DNA of 64,000 nt from the human T2T-CHM13v2.0 reference genome, Homo sapiens: the NCBI RefSeq assembly GCF_009914755.1, contig NC_060928.1; one strand, given 5' to 3'. This document shows positions 56,625 through 64,000 of this stretch, one piece after another. The notes beneath the pieces are model-generated. The model worked only from the letters and a program-made list of their open reading frames with translations, did no database searches and was not told the origin of the DNA. How positions within the stretch are numbered: position 1 is the stretch's first letter; every line of letters begins with the position of its first letter. The translations under genes and the position numbers were made by a program.

Positions 56625-59547
56625 ATTTGTATGGGTATATAAAACTGTAATGCATCACGAAATATTCTAAGTTTGAAAATTGTGTAAATAAATGTCTCTG
56701 AAAATTCATAAAAGAAAATTTGTGTTTAGGTAGAAGGACTAGTAAATATTACTTGGCAACTGGATTTTTATCCAAACCTTGATAACATATAGGAATTCAA
56801 TTTTCTGAGCCAAGAATAAGAGTAACTTGAAGGAAAAAAAAAATACATTTTTAGCGAAAAGATCTGTTTGGAAAATATCATGGAGCTCTGTTTGATTGTG
56901 AATGTGAGCATGTATTAAGCAGAAACAGAAAACAGGTTGGGACCCATCATGGAGAGTCCTTAATATATCCATGTTAGGGAAGCCAGAGGCAGAAGTAATG
57001 GGATTATGGAAGTATTATTATAGGAGGAGATGCAGTCAAAAGGCAAAGGTGTATAAAGCAGGAGGCTCCTTCAAACCATGAATCAGAAGTAAAGCTAGAG
57101 GAAATTGTCAACTGGAAGAACAAAGGATAAATCTGAGGTTTCCAGTGTGGAGTATGGGAAAACAGTGATACAATAGAATAAATGTGGACACAACAAGGAA
57201 GAAATGCTCTGTGTCCTTACAGAGCTTTGCTCTATTTCACCAGCTGTCATGTTCCATTGTTTTTGTCTGTTTATATGTTTGCAAACTGTGAAAGAACAGA
57301 GGCTGTGTCCTGCCATCCTTGTGTTCTCCATGAGGAGTATTGTGGCTCGATCATACTGGACACATGAATTAAGGCTGACAAAGCCAGCCTGAGGCCAGGG
57401 CATTCAACCACCCAGAGGAAATTCTCATACATATTTGAGTGGAAGCTGAAATTCCGGACTGATTCTTGTATGGTAAACGAACTGCAATTGTACATTTGGG
57501 TGTCAACTGCATAGAGATAGAGGTAGTCAGTTCTGAAAATGGTAGATGAGTGGTAAGAAAAAGGAAGCAGGAAGAGAGAAGAGATAAAGGTGTAAAGCAG
57601 AAGCTTTGAGCAATACTGTCATTTATGGGGTAAGATAAAAGTTAAGGGGGAAAATAATACCATAGCAGAATTAAAAGACGTTCTTCAATGGGAAGAGAAC
57701 AAGTAGAGTGTCAGCTCACAGAAGCCATCCTAGAAGAATTTCATGCTTCAGCTGTTAGAGTAGGAAGAACTTTAAAAACTTTAACTTTGTTAAACACAAG
57801 GTTATTGCTGACTATTGAAAGTCTTCAAAACATCAAAATGCAAAGGGTTAATGGGTAAGTGAGAGACTTTACTTAAGATAAAGACACATACTTTATCTTG
57901 CTCTCAATGGTAAAACTCAGGCGCGTTAGAATGATGGTTCCATGTATATGGTTGGTATGAAGATGAGAAATTACAGGGTTCAATGATAGGTTGATTTTCA
58001 CCGTATTCATTTGGTGGGGGAAACTGTTTCACCTCATCGATTTTTTAGTGTTAAACAAGTCATGTTCTCCTGTTCATTAGGGATTGCTTCATTGCTTTTC
58101 AATTCGTTTTTTCATCAGTTTGCCACTTCTATGTGTTAGGGCTGTGCTTCATAGTGAGTGCAATTCCCAACTATTGATGGATGTGACATGCCCACTCTAA
58201 AATATGAAAGAGTACAAAATGCAGCAGCATCATGGGAAACACAGATGCAAATTCATTGGAGTAGACTGAATGGTTGTTTAGGTTCACTGTATTTATCAAA
58301 GTTCTTGTAGAATCGTTCTTACGTCAAGATAGGAAATAACAATAAATATTAAGGAAATAAAGATCTATACTTTAAGCATTTATTTGTATACAATAGAAGA
58401 ATAAGTACACATCCCTTAGCTGACTCTTAACAAGTTTTATTGGGCATGTATATTCTACTTTATTGCATAACCATAAAATAGCTCAAGGAAAAGTAAATGA
58501 GCTAATTCTGCACTATTTACTAAGGGAAACTTCTCATCAAATTTATTGGGAGTTTTGCCTGAGAAAATACTAAATAATCAGGTATTTTTTTTCCCCTAGA
58601 CTATTCACATAGCAGTACAGAAAGTAGTTTTTCAATGTTTAAGTGCTACTGTATTTCTGCATGAAAAGTCACCTCTTTCACAACTGCTATGTAACTTATG
58701 ATGTGAATTATGGCTTCAACTTACTGCTATTAACTCCACTTGAAGGATCAGAGTGTTATGATCAGCTAGCTTTTTTTATTATTATTATCCAAAGAATTGT
58801 AGTCAGTATGTGATTTTGGCAGAAATGTGCCATCAGAGACAAAATGGTATATCAAATGTACTCCTGTGGCAAAAATAGATTCCTTACTCTAAGAAGAAAG
58901 AACCTAAGAGAAACGTGTGTGTCCTAACTTAAGTATGAGATGGTGGGGATATAAAGAAACCTTTTGGTCAATGCCTGGGCCATACTTCAGTGAACTGGCA
59001 GGTGATGATTTGGGAAGTAAGCTTAATATAGAAAATAAGCCCTATTGGGAGACTATTAGCAATCAATAAAAGAAAATGAATTAAAATTAGCTTTTTGCTA
59101 AATGTTAGCAGAATGTTTATTTTCTAAAATCTTAATAGTTTAGAAAAATCATATTCTCATTATTTTCAAAGATGAAATTCACTAATTTGTTCCAGCACTT
59201 ATAGTTATGGCTAACAATCAACCACAATATGTTGTAATCAGTGACCACCCTGAATAAACTTTTTATTTACCATCTGTAGCCATACAAGGGAGATCCCCAT
59301 GGATAAAAACATAGATGAAAAATTCCATGTTTCACCACTCCTGAATTAAGGATGTAAAACAGTATTCCTTCTGACCTAGGAGCAGGGAATTAAGCTTCAT
59401 ATACAAAGTGCAGAAAGTTGTCAGATTTTAATGTTCATTATGCTAGAAATTAAACAGGGATTTTACTCAATATGTTAATATACCCACATACAGTATCTGA
59501 ATTTGGGAGTGGTGGAATTCAGAAACTAGTTTTTCTGGTTATTAGTA

Positions 59548-60398
59548 GACACAAAGAAAAATGTTTTTCCTAATCTCAACACAACACTTCTGACACCAGA
59601 TGTGTATGGGATTTTTCTCCCACTCACCAAGCAAGCAATTCTCCAGCAGACACCAGCTGGATATCCTCTAATTCAGTACAATTCTGGCATTTTCTACCTG
59701 GAGAAAGCATCAGATCCCATTGCTTCAGGGCTCAGTCCCACAAGACTTCTTCCCACTTCAAATTGCAAGCCCCAGGTTGCGATGTGTGAGTCTGACCAAC
59801 AGGCTAGAAATCTGGATTCCCACAGTCTCCTCCTTGGGTTCAATTTATTTGCTAAAGTAGCTCACAGAATTCAGGGCAACACTTACTTCAGTTTACCCAT
59901 TTATTAGGAAGGGTATTACAAAAGATACGGAAGAACAGCCAGATGGAGGAGATGTGTAGGGCAAGGTACCCGGAAAGGCGTGTGGAGCTTCCATGCCCTC
60001 CCCAAGCACACCACTTCACAGAGACTCCCACCTGTTCAGTGATCTGGAAGCTCTGAACTCAGTCCTTTTGAGTTTTTATGGAAGCTTCATTATGTAGGCA
60101 TGATTGATTAAATCTTTGGCCATTGATGATCAACTGAATCTTCAGTCCCTCTTGCCTCCTGAGAAATCTACGGATGGGGCTGAAAGCCCCAACCCTCTAA
60201 TCCTGCCTTGTTCTTTCTGGTGACCAGCGCCATCCTGAAGCTGTTTAAGAGTCCTCAACCACCAGTCATCTCATTTGCATACAAAAACCTCCTCTTAACA
60301 CTCCCCAGATTCCTAGAGTTTTAGGAGCTGTGTGCTAGAAACCAGGGCAGAGAGCAGATCTATATATATTTTTATTAATATTATATCACAGTATCACA
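59548..60398 (-). mobile_element. MER21-family solo LTR
   Basis: ACAACACTTCTGACACCAGATGTGT..CAGGGCTCAGTCCCACAAGAC..GGAGCTTCCATGCCCTC..TAGGCATGATTGATTAAATC..ATATCACAGTATCACA matches recalled antisense MER21. Confidence 0.85.
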
Positions 60399-60904
60399 CT
60401 GTCAAATGATATGATGCTATTAGTTGGATTATTCAAAATATATTAACTGAAGTTGTGAACTTCTCCAAATTGTCATTTCCGATTCCATGGGAAAAAAAAA
60501 TACTCACCTTTCTTCCTTTATAGTTCTGTTTGATCAGATAGTTTGGAAAGTCATTACTGAAGCATGCGATTTACCAGGAGAAAAGACCAATGGCACCCTT
60601 TGAATGCAATTCAAACCAATCTTGTGTTGTATGCCTTCAGTATTTGTTCATGTGGACTAGATGTGGAAATGACTTTTGTGAAAACAAATTTTGAGATGCA
60701 GAATCTCCACTTTTATAAATTTGGGAAGATACCTGGACAATTCTCCCTGTATGATATGGAAGAGAGTTGTATATGTGGCTGAGACACTGCGCTGGCATAT
60801 TATGACAATGTGTTATTTCCTGTAAGCTCTGAATCCTGTGTAAGCATGAATACTCCTCCCACTGGACAGTCACTTCTATGAGGTTGCTTTGTTTCGTCCC
60901 TACC

Positions 60905-61450
60905 TAGTTTACTCACCAACCATTTATTAAAAACCTACAGTGAGCTGATGACTAACCTCAGTGCTGAGAATTCTAATAACATTCAAACCAAGCCCTGCCA
61001 TCCAGGACTCATAGTCCAGAAGGCAAATGCTTGTAAGAAAATAATTACAGAGAGCAGTGTTAAGAGGAGAGACATCAGCCTGGATCTCCAGAGCTGGGGA
61101 TACTGGAGAAGGTTTTTCAGGAGAGGTAGTATTTGGCTGTTAAAGATGAAATGGTAATATATATAAAGACAGAGAAATGGAACATGGGAAAAATGAAACT
61201 ATGGGAACAACACATAAAAATGCCCAAATAGGAAGCAAAGTTGGTCCTGTTGAGAAAACTGTTGAACAATTGTGGTGGTGAAGATGGCTATGAGATGGAG
61301 CATAATTGAGAAGCAAGCAGGATCACAGAGCTTCTTCCATGACATGGTTAGGTTTTGAAGGGTGTTCTTTCACACTGGAGACCCCGAGGGATTTTAAGCA
61401 AGAGCATGGCATGAGCAGGTACGTTTTAGAAAGAGTATTCAGGAAAGCCA
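60905..61450 (-). mobile_element. L2 fragment
   Basis: CACCAACCATTTATTAAAAACCTAC..CCCTGCCATCCAGGACTCATAGTCCAG..GGGATTTTAAGCAAGAG. Confidence 0.7.
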
Positions 61451-62956
61451 GTCTCAGGCACAGCATGGATCAGTAATGCTAACAACCAGTCAAGAATCAG
61501 CACAGAAAGAATCTGATCAAATTCCCATAGGCAGCCTTATTTTTTTTTGTAGTCCAGAAGTATTTGACCACCTAGCCAAATAGGGGAGACTATGGAGAGA
61601 ATATTGTGAGGAAGATGGGAGTTTTTCATACTATTTGCATTGATTTATTACTCTGTAATGTATTTTGTGTATTAATCACATTCCTGGTTTCTTACTTTCC
61701 TACTGTGTACTGTTTGCCTTGATTTAATTCTATTTTGGTTTATTTATCTACTTCTAGTTGTCTATAGTCTGTGTACTTTTTGTAAATTGCTGTATGAAAA
61801 TATATTTTTTTCATCATCATAAAACAAAACAAAGCAAAATCCTAAGCATTCATTAACTTTGGTCCTTTGGTTCAAAACTAATTTATATAAGTCAAGGTCT
61901 TTATTTCCTCTCTAGAATATAATAGAAGTTAAAAATGGAAAGCAAAATTATTCTAACCTTTTTGTTTTTTTTCAAATCATAACACGTATTCTATTGAAAC
62001 AGTGCATACATACAATAATTATCACTTTATATTTTAGACCCTCTTCTTCAGAAATATTAATGAAGATTTGTTCAAACAATTTTAGAAACAAATCACTAAT
62101 CAAAATAACTACTTTTTCATGATTACTAAAATTTCTATCATATTATTTTTCATATTTCTATTTTCTTTCAAAAACACTATATACTCATTGAAAATAAAGT
62201 CTCATCTGCCCCTCAAAGATAAAACCAATGCACACTTTTCTGCCAATTCTATTTCCCTCATTTTACATTAATTATGCATATTTTGCATGCTAAAATGGAC
62301 ATGGCTCTGATGAACCTGACTTTGCCCCTTTTTTTGCATAGTCCTTGATTTATTAGCATATTTTTGTTTGTATGTGTGTGGCAGGGAAAAGAATGGAAAG
62401 AGTTGCAAACATGTATATAGTTCTCTGCCAGTGGCTAAAAAGCACACGACACTGAATGAAGTCAAGTAATTCTGTATCTTAAGCCCTGGAAACACCTTTG
62501 ACCAACAGCAGCAGAGTTCTATAGAGGCAGGTAGACGTCCTTCTGGAGTTGCCAAATAACACAAAACTTCCCCATACATCCCACTGTATTTGTTGAAAAT
62601 AAAAATTACATTGCAAGAAATATAGTGTCCATGAGCAAGGCCAGTGAATTTTTTAATGAACAATATGAAATCTTAATGACACGATTGATTAAAATATTAA
62701 CTATGAGTAGCCATGGCAATTGATTTCAAAGCAAAAAAGACATAGAAAAGTCACAGAATTTCCCTCCAGGTTTTGTTTCTCATATTGGCAGACATTCAAA
62801 TTCTGTAAAATATCTTAAACTCCATGTTTAAATTTTTACAGTTTTCGTATTATACATAAAAAGACAAAATGCAATTTGGGTACAAAATTTCTATCATGCT
62901 GGTGCAAAATATGCCAGGAGGACCTTATAAACAATTTGTTATAATTCATTAAAAAG

Positions 62957-63216
62957 TTTATTTAGAATTTTAAAATTCTAAATAAAAAATCTTACTGAAT
63001 CCAATGAAATTAAATCATGGGAATTATTTAATTATTCTAAATAAAATTTATTTAATGATTCTATTTAATTATTCTATTAAATAATTGTTAAATCACTGAA
63101 ATAAATTATTTAACTAAATCATGGGACTGATCTAATCATTCTAAATAAAACATTATTAAATTATTTAAGTATTCTAAATAAAAAATCTTCTTGAATCTAA
63201 TGAAATTAAATCATGG
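62957..63216. repeat. Perfect 30-bp palindrome plus a 46-bp direct duplication enclosing AT-rich patchwork
   Basis: TTTATTTAGAATTTT|AAAATTCTAAATAAA at 62957-62986; 62975-63020 matches 63171-63216 at 43/46 positions. Confidence 0.92.
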
Positions 63217-63361
63217 ATATCTCATTTCTCCATTTGAATTTGAATATATGGTAGAATGTTCTCCATTACAGCATAAAATCTTTCACTTTGCAGTGGTCTT
63301 TTTGAAAATTTTTATTTTGAGAAAATTAACATCGTAAATTATAAATATGAAGAGTTATTTG

Positions 63362-63600
63362 TAGTAGTAAAAGCAAGGGCTTTAGAGTCATAAACACATG
63401 GGTTTAAATCTTGATTTAATCTTTCTTACTGAGCCATCTTTGGTAACTGACTTAATGCCCTGAAGCTCATTTTCATCATCTATGAAAAGAGATATTAACA
63501 TCTAGTCTATAGGGTTGTTAGAAAGGTTGAACGATATAATGTCTATATAACGTTTAACTGTAGTAACACTCAGTAAATATCTGCTGTTATCACCATCATC
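63362..63600 (+). mobile_element. MIR
   Basis: GGGCTTTAGAGTCATAAACACATGGGTTTAAATCTTG..CTCATTTTCATCATCTATGAAAAG..CACTCAGTAAATATCTGCTG. Confidence 0.75.
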
Positions 63601-64000
63601 ATCATAGATTTGCTGAAAGGACTCTCCTCTAAGAATATCTTATTTATTTTAAGTTTAGGCATCTAATATTGAATCAGAGTAAGAAGAGGCAGCAATATTG
63701 AATAGTATAGGAATAATATCAAGACTTGCTCTGTAGATCACTGGAGTTATAAATCTTGCCTATGTACTTAGCTAAGCAAGGGCCAAGGCAATTTAGTCAG
63801 TTTAAAAATCTTGTCTGTTTTCTTATTTTTTTAAAAAAATTCACTATCATAACAGTCAATTCAATCATGCCTGTAGATAAAACATCATTTTCAGGGTAAT
63901 ATATTTTGATTGCTATTGGAACTGGGTCTTGACAATATAACTATGCCTGAATTGAGCTATTTTATTTCCCTTTAAGTATTTTTTCCTACATAGATACATG

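Noticed and set aside
56972-57494. Possible ancient LTR with TG...CA ends
   Set aside because: No clear TSD and no recognisable family.

Overview
Human non-coding genomic DNA, AT-rich. An AluYa5 carrying all five subfamily-diagnostic bases fixes the species as human. I can support no intact protein-coding gene, RNA gene or CRISPR array here, and I found no new multi-gene biological system. Main content: (1) a full-length, TSD-flanked processed pseudogene of NDUFB5 (complex I 'SGDH' subunit) on the minus strand, about 23.08-24.20 kb; (2) about 17 Alu elements or fragments; (3) a short L1PA3-like 3' end, two solo LTRs (MER50-like, MER21-like), several DNA-transposon relics (MER2, MER3, MER5A, MER6A, MER20, MER63) and many MIR/L2 remnants; (4) a ~1.5 kb G-rich complex tandem repeat that grew inside the MER6A and creates the spurious 571-aa ORF. 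The most interesting signals are small mutational scars: a 176-bp templated insertion with a 12-bp target duplication (10.1 kb), a probable short Alu 3' transduction (51.3 kb), and a perfect 30-bp palindrome next to a 46-bp duplication with patchwork filler (63.0 kb). Repeat subfamily names come from recalled consensus sequences and need RepeatMasker/Dfam confirmation. Coordinates of old repeats are approximate.
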